Shown in pieces: positions 9,717 to 18,163 of a DNA stretch of 64,000 bases. The stretch is taken from contig JBGANV010000003.1 in NCBI GenBank assembly GCA_044222185.1, forward strand, positions 320,001 to 384,000. The letters are read 5' to 3'. This DNA is from Planctomycetota bacterium (GTDB taxonomy: Bacteria > Planctomycetota > GCA-002687715 > CAIWVZ01). Made by a program: the position numbers and the translations under genes. The notes beneath the pieces are model-generated. The model was not told the DNA's origin and searched no databases. It was given only the letters and a program-made list of their open reading frames with translations. Numbering within the stretch: position 1 is the stretch's first letter; each line of letters begins with the position of its first letter.

Positions 9717-11580
9717 GGACGCGGTTTCGTCCTTTCTCTTTCGCCCGGTAGAGCGCATGGTCCGCACGGAACACGAGCGCGTCGACTTCGCACGGGTAGG
9801 TCGTCGTCGAGGCCACGCCCACGGACACCGACAGCGAGAAGTCGTAGCACGACTCCCGCATGATCGATCCCAAGCTCTCCACTTGCGATCGAACGCGCTC
9901 TGCGAACGTGACGGCCTGTTCGGCATTGCACCCTGGCAACGCGACGATGAACTCGTCACCGCCGTAGCGGCCGATGAGGTCGCCTTGGCGGGCGCAGTCG
10001 CGGATCACCTTCGAGACGTCGCGCAGCATGCGATCGCCGACCTGGTGGCCGTAGGTGTCGTTCCACGACTTGAACCGGTCCACGTCCAGCATCACGAGCG
10101 ACAGCGGCCTGCGATAGCGATTGGCGGCACGGACCTCGGCCGCGAGACGTTCGAAGAAGTGACTGCGGTTCAACAGGCCCGTGAGGCCATCGACTGCGAT
10201 CCGTTCGGCGACGAGGAACGATCTTCTGCCGAGCTGAAGCGACTCCAGCGCCTCGCCGAACACGCCAGCGACGAGGCCGAGCGTGGACGCTGCAGCCGGC
10301 GTGAGCACGGGGCCGGGCTCGGGCACGATCACGAGCCCGACGGGCTTCTTCGCCACCTGCAGGGGCACCGCGAGCAAGCGCGTCGCCTTGAAGATCGAGA
10401 ACAGCCCCTGGTCCGGGGGCTGCGGATCGTAGATCGCCGCACGCCCCTCGCCGTGGACGCGCTTCCAGAACTCGTCCACTCCGGCGGTCGTCCGAGCCGC
10501 CTCCCCCAAGCGGAGGAAGAACGGTCGGTTCGTGGGATGTCCTTCGAGCATGCTCTCGCCGGGCTCGTCCAGAAGGAGGATCAGGGATCCGACTCCCGGC
10601 AGGTCGCGCACGGCTCGAACGAGGAGCCTGACGGCCTCGGGTTCGTTCGTCGCCTGGCGGATCGTCTGCAAGGCGTGCAACGTCGCCGGGGCAAGTCCCA
10701 CGGGCGGTAATTCGGGTGGAACGCGGTCGACGCTGACCCGTGCAAAGTCGCGATCGAGCGTCTCCAGGCTCAGTGACGGTACACCCAGGAGGATGCCGAG
10801 GATGAGGAGACCGTCGGCGACTTCGCGCGTGGCGCGATCGTGCGCCAGGTCGGCGAGGACCTTCACGCGCTCGGGCACGGACTCATCCGCCCCGGCGGCA
10901 TGGACGTCGTCAGGGTCGAGCGGCGCGAGAAGCGTCGCGATCCGATCCGCCATGACCAGGACGGATGCCAGTTCGACGACGGCCTCGGACTCCAGGGCCT
11001 CGATGGCCCCGTGATGGAGCGCGACGGCGCGCACGATGGAATCGGGAAGTCCGGCTCGGTGCAGGAGGCGCGCAGCGCGCAGCGCATGCCGGCCCTCCAC
11101 GTCGTGGCCGACACCGGGGATCCAAGCGGCGATGTCGTGGAGGACGCCCGCCGTGCGCGCCATGCTGACGTCGACCGTCTCGAGGACGCGAGCGAGCGTC
11201 CCGGCGATCAACGACGTCATCAGCGCGTGTTGGAAGAGGCGCATCGGCGAGCCGCCGCCCCGAATCGAAGCCGTCGACAAGAGGTCGCTGATGCCCGTGC
11301 GGAGCGTGTCCCGTCCCAAGACCTGGAGCGCCGCGGGAACGGCGCCGATCGTGACACCCGTCGGGGCGACGGCGCGGTTTGCGTCCTGCAGGAGCCTGTA
11401 GGTGAGCCCGGCGTCGGCCTGAACGAGGTCGGCGATCTCCGCGCTGCGGTCGCTCGTCTCCTCCAGAAGTGCGAGCACGCAGCGAGCGATGACGGGCATG
11501 CAGGGTACGGGCCAGCTCACCGCCTCCGAGTCGGTGAGGAGCGTGGACCACGAAACTGGAATCCCTCTGCTTTGGGTCAC
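9700..11580 (-). CDS. Diguanylate cyclase, HDOD-GAF-GGDEF
   Basis: HDOD (IADLVQADAGLTYRLLQDAN...GVLHDIA); DGLTGLLNR; DVDRFKSWND; intact RYGGDEF with RQGD I-site; start uncertain (GTG 11580, alternatives 11658, 11520, 11499). Confidence 0.9.
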   Translation of the reverse strand: MTQSRGIPVSWSTLLTDSEAVSWPVPCMPVIARCVLALLEETSDRSAEIADLVQADAGLTYRLLQDANRAVAPTGVTIGAVPAALQVLGRDTLRTGISDLLSTASIRGGGSPMRLFQHALMTSLIAGTLARVLETVDVSMARTAGVLHDIAAWIPGVGHDVEGRHALRAARLLHRAGLPDSIVRAVALHHGAIEALESEAVVELASVLVMADRIATLLAPLDPDDVHAAGADESVPERVKVLADLAHDRATREVADGLLILGILLGVPSLSLETLDRDFARVSVDRVPPELPPVGLAPATLHALQTIRQATNEPEAVRLLVRAVRDLPGVGSLILLLDEPGESMLEGHPTNRPFFLRLGEAARTTAGVDEFWKRVHGEGRAAIYDPQPPDQGLFSIFKATRLLAVPLQVAKKPVGLVIVPEPGPVLTPAAASTLGLVAGVFGEALESLQLGRRSFLVAERIAVDGLTGLLNRSHFFERLAAEVRAANRYRRPLSLVMLDVDRFKSWNDTYGHQVGDRMLRDVSKVIRDCARQGDLIGRYGGDEFIVALPGCNAEQAVTFAERVRSQVESLGSIMRESCYDFSLSVSVGVASTTTYPCEVDALVFRADHALYRAKEKGRNRVHADQH

Positions 11581-11612
11581 GAAGCGCGGCTGCCCTTTCG
11601 GCGTTTCCGTCA

Positions 11613-11640
11613 GTATCGGAACGAACCCCGGCGCGCTTGA
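11613..11640 (-). promoter_or_regulatory. Possible sigma28 (FliA)-type promoter of the diguanylate cyclase
   Basis: Minus strand reads TCAAG-N15-TCCGATAC, close to the TCAAG/TAAAG-N14-GCCGATAA consensus. Confidence 0.4.
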
Positions 11641-11707
11641 CGTGGTGGAACACGCCATCTCGCGGAGGAATCACGGGCGGACGGCGTGTGCACTCGCAGC
11701 GCGATCC

Positions 11708-12730
11708 TTGGCCGAAACGGGGCTTTTTGGCACGCTCGCCCGCTCATTTGCGCCGACCGAAGACCCCACGAGCCACCCCCTGAAAGGACGCTTCACAACC
11801 CGCCTCGCCCCCTCGCCGACCGGCGCCATCCACCTGGGGAACGCGCGGACGTTCGGGATCACCTGGTGGTGGGCCCGCGCGTGCGAAGGTCGGCTCGTGC
11901 TTCGAATCGAAGACATCGATTCACCGCGCAAGAAGCCCGGTGCCATCGAAGAGCTGCGAGCCGACCTCGCCTGGCTCGGACTGGACTGGGACGCGGAGCT
12001 GCCGATCCAGTCATCGAGGCAATCCCGTCACGCGGCGATCCTGCGCGACCTGCTCGCCCGCGACCTCGTCTACCCCTGCGCGTGCACGCGGCGCGACGTG
12101 GAGGAAGCGCAGAGCGCTCCCCACGAGGCGCCCGGTGATCTCGTGTATCCGGGGACGTGCGCCCTCACGCCGCGTTCGCTCGATGAGGCACTCTCGCTCG
12201 GAGACCGCCCGGTCGCTCTGCGCTTTCGATCCCCGCGTGAACCGATCACGTTCCGCGATGCGATCCATGGGGACGTCACGATCGACCTGGCGTCTCGCAG
12301 CGGAGATTTCGTCGTCGGCCGGGCGTGCCGGGGCGGCGCGCTCGAGCCGGGTTACCAACTCGCCGTGGTCGTCGACGATGCGGATGACGCCGTCACGTCG
12401 GTCATCCGGGGTGACGATCTGCTGATCTCCGCTGCACGCCAGATGGCGATCCAGCGAGCGTTGGGGCTGCCTCCCGTCACCTACGCCCACGTCCCGTTGG
12501 TGGTCGGCGCCGATGGCCGCCGGCTGGCCAAGCGCCACGGCGACACGCGCCTTTCGACGCTTCGCGCGTCCGGCGTTTCCGCCGAACGGGTTTGGCGGTG
12601 GATCGCCGGCACGCTTGGCCGTCCGTTCCAGAGCGTGCAGGAGCTTGTCCACGGAGGGTTCGATCCGGCGTGGGTCCCGCGCGCTGCGGTCGTCACCCCG
12701 GCGCGGAGTGACGGCACGATCGCGATCTGA
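11708..12730 (+). CDS. gluQ: tRNA glutamyl-Q(34) synthetase GluQRS
   Basis: RLAPSPTGAIHLGN (HIGH), LRIEDID, YPCACTR/YPGTC Zn ligands, YQLAVVVDD, RGDDL, RLAKRHG; lacks the GluRS anticodon domain; start approximate. Confidence 0.88.
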   Translation: MAETGLFGTLARSFAPTEDPTSHPLKGRFTTRLAPSPTGAIHLGNARTFGITWWWARACEGRLVLRIEDIDSPRKKPGAIEELRADLAWLGLDWDAELPIQSSRQSRHAAILRDLLARDLVYPCACTRRDVEEAQSAPHEAPGDLVYPGTCALTPRSLDEALSLGDRPVALRFRSPREPITFRDAIHGDVTIDLASRSGDFVVGRACRGGALEPGYQLAVVVDDADDAVTSVIRGDDLLISAARQMAIQRALGLPPVTYAHVPLVVGADGRRLAKRHGDTRLSTLRASGVSAERVWRWIAGTLGRPFQSVQELVHGGFDPAWVPRAAVVTPARSDGTIAI

Positions 12731-12747
12731 CGGATCGCGGCTCCGAC

Positions 12748-13746
12748 TCACCGCCCGCGATAATTTCGGGAGCTGGCCAGTGCCGACTCGAGCTCGATGC
12801 GCTGGCGGGTCCTGCGAGCCATGGCGTCGGCGGGATCGACGGCGATCGCGCGATCGACCCAGGACAGCGCCTGCACGTACGAGTTGCGGCCCGAGTACAG
12901 GCTCGCCAGCTGGAGATGCGCACGCACCAGGTCGGCCCGGAACTCGGAGCGCACGGCCTCGACGTCGCGCGTCTCGTCCTGCGTCAGCGAGGCACCCCGA
13001 ACCGCCGCATCGACGCTGGAGAGGGCGGCGCCCAGGTCCGCGATCGCCTCTTCGTATTCGGCGACGGCCACCCGGAGGCTCTTCGCGGACTCGAGGCCGC
13101 GCGTCACGTGTTCGTGGCTCTCGGCGTGCTTCTTCTCAGCCGACGCGAGTGCGCGGCGGAGGTTCGTGCTCGCCGCGGTCATGGTGCGCGGCGGTGCCGT
13201 CGCGGCACGGCGTGCGCTCGCGAGCCTCGGCGAAGCCTCGGCCGCGGCGGGAGTCTCGGGGAACTCGGTCACGATGGACGTGAGCAGCCTCTCGAACTCC
13301 GGGAGATCCCCTCCACGGGACGCGGCCTCCGCTCGCGCCGCGAGACTCCGCGCGGCGGCCTCGTCGACGGACCGCATGGCCGACGTCACGCGGTCCGCGA
13401 GACGGGGATCGGCCTTGAGCGCGAGATCGTAGTGCTTGCGAGCCGCCGCGAAGATCTCGGCGCGCAGGGCAGCGTCACCGACGGCGAGCTGTGCCGGCGC
13501 GTCGCCTGCGGCCGCCTTGCCCGCCATCAGCCGGTACAACGTGCGTGGATGAAGCTCGGAGTACCGCACCGTTCGGCGGGCCTCGCCGCCGGTCCCCGAG
13601 AGTCTCACGACGACGGACGCGCCGTCATCCTTCACGAGACGCCCGGAGATCGCGGAGCCATCCGCGAGGAGGATCATGTCCTGGCTGAGCGCGAGCGGCG
13701 TCGCCAGAAGCACGAGCCCAATGGCGAAGGATCTGGGGTGACTCAT
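12748..13746 (-). CDS. Exported helical/TPR-like hypothetical protein
   Basis: Signal peptide MSHPRSFAIGLVLLATPLALSQ, then DMILLADGSAISGRLV and TPR-like helices; ATGA overlap with upstream gene. Confidence 0.75.
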   Translation of the reverse strand: MSHPRSFAIGLVLLATPLALSQDMILLADGSAISGRLVKDDGASVVVRLSGTGGEARRTVRYSELHPRTLYRLMAGKAAAGDAPAQLAVGDAALRAEIFAAARKHYDLALKADPRLADRVTSAMRSVDEAAARSLAARAEAASRGGDLPEFERLLTSIVTEFPETPAAAEASPRLASARRAATAPPRTMTAASTNLRRALASAEKKHAESHEHVTRGLESAKSLRVAVAEYEEAIADLGAALSSVDAAVRGASLTQDETRDVEAVRSEFRADLVRAHLQLASLYSGRNSYVQALSWVDRAIAVDPADAMARRTRQRIELESALASSRNYRGR

Positions 13747-13997
13747 TGCGCGCCCTCCTCCGGATGGACTTCGAGCGTACGGCAGACGCAGGTCTCGTGA
13801 CCGCAGTCGCGGCCGGTCCTGGCGCAGCAGTCGGGCGACGTGCAGCCGTAAAGGTCGGAGTCCGGGCTTCCGCAGCAGTTGGCCGAAGCGGTGGCGTGAG
13901 TCGCCCGGTCCGCGCGGTTCGCGGACCCGTCGTTCCCGGCGCACCCGGCCGCCACGAACAGGGCGGACAGGAACACCATTCGCGCGAGTGATCTCAT
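13743..13997 (-). CDS. Small Cys-rich lipoprotein (84 aa)
   Basis: Lipobox LFVAAG-C; 8 further Cys; 4-nt ATGA overlaps with both flanking genes support a real gene. Confidence 0.7.
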   Translation of the reverse strand: MRSLARMVFLSALFVAAGCAGNDGSANRADRATHATASANCCGSPDSDLYGCTSPDCCARTGRDCGHETCVCRTLEVHPEEGAQ

Positions 13998-16900
13998 GGG
14001 TTCTTTCTCGTCTCTGCCGCTCCGAGTGCCGCGCGGAGCCGTGTCGCCAGGTCCGTCCGCCCTGCCGTCTCGCAGGCGCGAACGAGCTGATCGACGGGCC
14101 TCCGCACGATCTCCATCGGGCGGCTGTCGAGCCCTTCGATGCCGCGGATCACCGAAGGGAACACGTCGCGCGCCTCGTCCTCAGGTCCACGCGCGAGCAG
14201 CGACTCACACAGCAGCGCACGGAGTTCCAGGACGGACGTCTCGCTGACCGGCGTCCGGACCTCGGCCACGCGGAGCGCCTCACGTGCCGAGACGATCGCG
14301 TCGCCGTGGCGCGAGCCCTGCACGAGCACGCGCGTGCGGATCACGAGGAGCGCAACGCGCTCGGCCTCATTCTGCGGAGCCACCTCGCCGTGGATCCGGA
14401 GCGCCGTCGTGATCTCGCGCAACGCTTCGTCGGTCGCGTTGCGTCTGCCGAGGACGGACGCCAGGTTCCCGTGGAACGTCGCCGCATGTGCGCTCGCGGG
14501 ACCGGCGACGGCATCGGCAATGCGGACGGCCTCGCGGAACGCACGCTCCGCGACGTCGTCTTTCTGCCGCCGGCGTGCGACGGCGCCGACGTTGTTCCAC
14601 GCGAGCGCTGCATCCACCGTGCTCTCGCCGATGCCTCGGCGCACGATCTCGAGTGCCTCCTGGGCCGCGCTCTCGGCCTCCTCGAGCGCGCCCACGGCGA
14701 GGCATGCAGCCGTCAAGTTCTGCAGCGGTCCGGGGAGACGAAGCCGATCGTCACTGGGGGCGCGTCGCAGCAGGTCGACGGCGCGGCGCGCGTGGGTCAT
14801 CGCTTCAGCGTAGGCCCCGCGTCCATGGCGCAGCGCACCGAGCGTGCTGACGGCCTCCGCGAGCCGCGGGTGGTCGCGGCCGTAGGTGGCCTCCAGCGCC
14901 GCGATCGCCTCTCGTATGAGCGACTCGGCCTCCGTTTCCCTCCCCAGGGCCATCAGCAGCCCGGCGAGGTTCGTCATGTCGCCGGCCAGAACCGGGTTCG
15001 TCGACTCGAGTGTCCGGCGGTGGATCTCGAGAGCGCGACGATACTCACGTTCGGCGTCCGCGAGCTTTCCGCGTGCGCGCAGGATCGCGGCAAACGTGGA
15101 GCTCGCCGACGCGAGGACGGGATCGTCAGGTCCACAGAGCGCCGCCAGGATTCCCATCTCTTCGCGCGCAGCGGCCTCGGCGTCGTCGAGTCGTCCGCGC
15201 ACACGGCAAAGAGTGGCGAGAAGCCCGCACGCCTGGGCCCGAAGCCGGCGCCCGTCGCCGGGCAGTCGGCGGGATGCCTCGATGGCGTCGCGAAGGCGGC
15301 GCTCCGAGTCATCCCATGCGCCGGTCCGTTGATCGACGGACGCCAGGTGGATCCTGACCAGGATGGAGCGCTCGCCATCCTCGCCATCCAGATCCCGGAA
15401 GATCGCGCCCGCACGCTCCAGCAGCCGTCGCGCCTCTTCGTAGTTTCCGTCCGCATCCTCCACCAGGGCGAGCGTGTGCAAGACCTCGGCGAGCTGCTGA
15501 CGATCCATCGCGGGCAGCTCGTCCATGATCTCGAGAGCCTTCTGCAACTCTCGACGGGCGCGATCGCCGTGCCCCAGGCTGCGATAGGCCATCCCGAGCG
15601 TGGCACGAAGGGTCGCCTCGGCCTCACGGTCGACCATGACGTCGCGGTCGAATCGCCGCGCGAACGAATCGAGAAGCTCGATGACGGTGAGGTTCTTGCC
15701 GAAGCCCCGGTCCGGCGTGCCATCCTTGAGGAGGCTGACCAGCAACGCGAGGACACTCTTCGCGCGCGCCGCATCGCGCCGCGCGGCGGTCGCGCTCGCG
15801 ATCGCCGCTGCCTTCTGCTCGTCCGCCTCGCGCCGCGCCTCGCCCTCGAGCTCGCGGAAGTGTTTTTCGTTCTTCTCACACGTCCGTGCGAACTCCATCT
15901 CGCGCCGCGCCGTGGCTTCCGCTTCCATGGCGCGATCACGCTGGTGATTGGCCTCGATCAAGCTGACGGCGGCGATTGCCAGTCCGCCGACGAGCGCGGC
16001 GAAGGTGATGAGCCCGGCCGCGATGAGCATGCGATGACGGCGCGCGAACTTCCCGATCCTGTACCAGGCTCCCGGCGCTCCGGCCTCCACTGGCTCGTTG
16101 CGCAGATGACGGGAGATGTCGTCGGCGAGGGCATCGGCGGTCTGATACCGGCGGACGCGATCCTTCTCGAGACACCGCATCACGATCCAGTCGAGTTCGC
16201 CCAGGAGCGCGCGCCGCAGCCCGGCCGGATCGACGCGCCGATTGTGCGCCACGGCCTCGGAGGTCGTCCGGTCCTCATGGCGGCCCGCCGTCGAAGGCAT
16301 GGCCAACGTCGCGATTCGGCGGCTCGGCGTCGGTGGGTCGACCTCGCGAATGAGCCGCTGCATTTCGGAGAACACGAGGCTCTCCAGCTCGGCTTGACGC
16401 AGCGGCGTCGTGCCCGTGAGGAGCTCGTACAGCAGCACGCCGAGCGAGTACACATCCGTCCGTGTATCGATGTCGAGCCCGGACATCTCGGCCTGTTCGG
16501 GACTCATGTACGCCGGTGTCCCCAGCAGCTGGTGGAAACCGGTCAAGTGGGGCTGGACCGCCGTCCCGTGGTTCACCGCCTTGGCGATTCCGAAGTCGAT
16601 CACCTTGGGCACGGGAACGCCATCGTGGATCGCGACGAGGACGTTGCTCGGCTTCAGGTCGCGATGGACGATCCCCTTCATGTGCGCGTGTTGGACGGCC
16701 TGGCAGACCGGGAGGAAGATCTCGAGACGCTCGCGCGCAGTCAGCCTCGCCTGGTCGCAGTACTGGGTGATCGGCAGCCCGCGAACGAGTTCCATGACGA
16801 AGTACGGGCGGCCGTCGGGAGTCTCTCCGGCATCGAGCACGCGAGTGATGTTCGGGTGATCGAGGAGCGCGAGCGCCTGCTTCTCGACTTCGAATCGCGC

Positions 16901-17278
16901 CGTGACCTCCTTCGAGTTCATGCCGGACTTCAGGATCTTCAACGCCACGGCGCGACGCAGGGGAACGGTCTGCTCGGCGAGGTACACGGTGCCGAAGCCG
17001 CCTTCGCCGATGACTTCGACCAGGCGGTACGGCCCGATGACGTCCGGGTCGCCCGGGTGAGACCGCGGCGTTCCCGCCCCCCGAAGGTCGGCGATGTCGC
17101 GAAGGACGGGCTCGAAGTCCACGGGTTTCTCGGCCCCGGCAAGGAGGCGCCGGACCTCGCGCGCGAGCTCCAGATCGCCGCCGCACCTCAGCTGCACGAG
17201 CGCCGTCCGCTCGGATGCTGGGACGTCTCGGAGTTCGAGAAAGAGGCGGGCCGCTTGCTCGAAGCGCGGATCGCTCAC
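13994..17278 (-). CDS. Hanks-type Ser/Thr protein kinase with TM segment and TPR repeats
   Basis: IGEGGFGTVY, VALKIL, HRDLKPSN, DFGIAK, GTPAYMSPEQ; TM LIAAGLITFAALVGGLAIAAVSL; TPR repeats; GTG start overlaps the ECF stop (GTGA). Confidence 0.95.
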   Translation of the reverse strand: MSDPRFEQAARLFLELRDVPASERTALVQLRCGGDLELAREVRRLLAGAEKPVDFEPVLRDIADLRGAGTPRSHPGDPDVIGPYRLVEVIGEGGFGTVYLAEQTVPLRRAVALKILKSGMNSKEVTARFEVEKQALALLDHPNITRVLDAGETPDGRPYFVMELVRGLPITQYCDQARLTARERLEIFLPVCQAVQHAHMKGIVHRDLKPSNVLVAIHDGVPVPKVIDFGIAKAVNHGTAVQPHLTGFHQLLGTPAYMSPEQAEMSGLDIDTRTDVYSLGVLLYELLTGTTPLRQAELESLVFSEMQRLIREVDPPTPSRRIATLAMPSTAGRHEDRTTSEAVAHNRRVDPAGLRRALLGELDWIVMRCLEKDRVRRYQTADALADDISRHLRNEPVEAGAPGAWYRIGKFARRHRMLIAAGLITFAALVGGLAIAAVSLIEANHQRDRAMEAEATARREMEFARTCEKNEKHFRELEGEARREADEQKAAAIASATAARRDAARAKSVLALLVSLLKDGTPDRGFGKNLTVIELLDSFARRFDRDVMVDREAEATLRATLGMAYRSLGHGDRARRELQKALEIMDELPAMDRQQLAEVLHTLALVEDADGNYEEARRLLERAGAIFRDLDGEDGERSILVRIHLASVDQRTGAWDDSERRLRDAIEASRRLPGDGRRLRAQACGLLATLCRVRGRLDDAEAAAREEMGILAALCGPDDPVLASASSTFAAILRARGKLADAEREYRRALEIHRRTLESTNPVLAGDMTNLAGLLMALGRETEAESLIREAIAALEATYGRDHPRLAEAVSTLGALRHGRGAYAEAMTHARRAVDLLRRAPSDDRLRLPGPLQNLTAACLAVGALEEAESAAQEALEIVRRGIGESTVDAALAWNNVGAVARRRQKDDVAERAFREAVRIADAVAGPASAHAATFHGNLASVLGRRNATDEALREITTALRIHGEVAPQNEAERVALLVIRTRVLVQGSRHGDAIVSAREALRVAEVRTPVSETSVLELRALLCESLLARGPEDEARDVFPSVIRGIEGLDSRPMEIVRRPVDQLVRACETAGRTDLATRLRAALGAAETRKNP

Positions 17279-17856
17279 GTGGCGCGCTCGGGCATCAACC
17301 GCGAAGCGAGCCACGCGCGCGCGATGGCCCAGTCGTCCGCGACCGTCGACCGAGCGACCTCGAGGACCTCGGCGACTTCGTCCACCGTCATGCCTGCGAA
17401 GACACGGAGCTCCACCACGCGCGCGCGGCGCTCGTCGATCGCGGCGAACTGCCTCAGGAGTTCGTCGAGCTCCAGCACGTCGAAAGGCTCGTGGCCGATC
17501 TCCGGGTCACTCGTCGTGATCCCGCGACGGGGCTTGACGCTCCCCCGCTTCAGCGCGCCGCGGCGGCGCGCCGAGTCCACGAGGATGCGCCGCATGGCGA
17601 CGGCAGCCGCCGCCATGAAGTGCGCCTTGCCCTTCCACGCCTGACCCGACGGGGCAAGCCTCAACCAGGCTTCGTGCACGAGGGCCGTCGGCTGGAGCGT
17701 ATGCCAGGCGCGTTCCCGCATGAGATAGCGCGCCGCCAGGTCCCGCAGGTCCTGGTAGACCTCGTTCACCAGCGCCGCGCCGTGGGGAGCCGGGCTCGCG
17801 CACGCCTCCGGGCCGATTCTCACGGTCGTGAGATGTTTGATGCTGTGGGGCTGCAT
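17275..17856 (-). CDS. ECF-type sigma factor of the kinase-associated class (TIGR02999-like)
   Basis: VYQDLRDLAARYL, HTLQPTALVHEAWLRL, AMRRILVDSAR, VVELRVFAGMT...DWAIARAWL. Confidence 0.92.
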   Translation of the reverse strand: MQPHSIKHLTTVRIGPEACASPAPHGAALVNEVYQDLRDLAARYLMRERAWHTLQPTALVHEAWLRLAPSGQAWKGKAHFMAAAAVAMRRILVDSARRRGALKRGSVKPRRGITTSDPEIGHEPFDVLELDELLRQFAAIDERRARVVELRVFAGMTVDEVAEVLEVARSTVADDWAIARAWLASRLMPERAT

Positions 17857-18163
17857 GGTGGCGCCGAGGCGGACTTGCACCTTGGATGCACGAGCCGGCC
17901 GGGGGGTTACAGGTCGCCGCCGCATTCCGGCGGGGCCGGATCCGGGAATGACGATGCCGCCCCAAGCCGCGGGGCGGCCCGGTTGGACCGCGGCCGATTG
18001 CGGCACCCCACCGTCGGAGTCGCTACCGGCGGGTAACCCCCGTCGGCGGATCGGCGCGGGTGGACTCGGCCTCGTCGACGCGAGTCCGCGTCTGAACCCG
18101 CAGGGCTGGGCAAATGGCTCGCGGATTGCTTTCCCGGCGGCCGGCACACGGAAGGGATCCATC

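Noticed and set aside
11555-11610. c-di-GMP-I riboswitch-like words (GGAAAC-GCC-GAAA-GGGC...CAAAGC) in the cyclase leader, minus strand
   Set aside because: Spacing and the P2 stem do not fit the GEMM consensus; only a small GNRA hairpin is present.
13988-17644. Very long antisense ORFs (also 47327..50299, 38864..41503, 26239..28581, 36889..38991)
   Set aside because: They mirror well-supported genes on the opposite strand and have no motifs. Stop codons are scarce on the antisense strand at high GC3.
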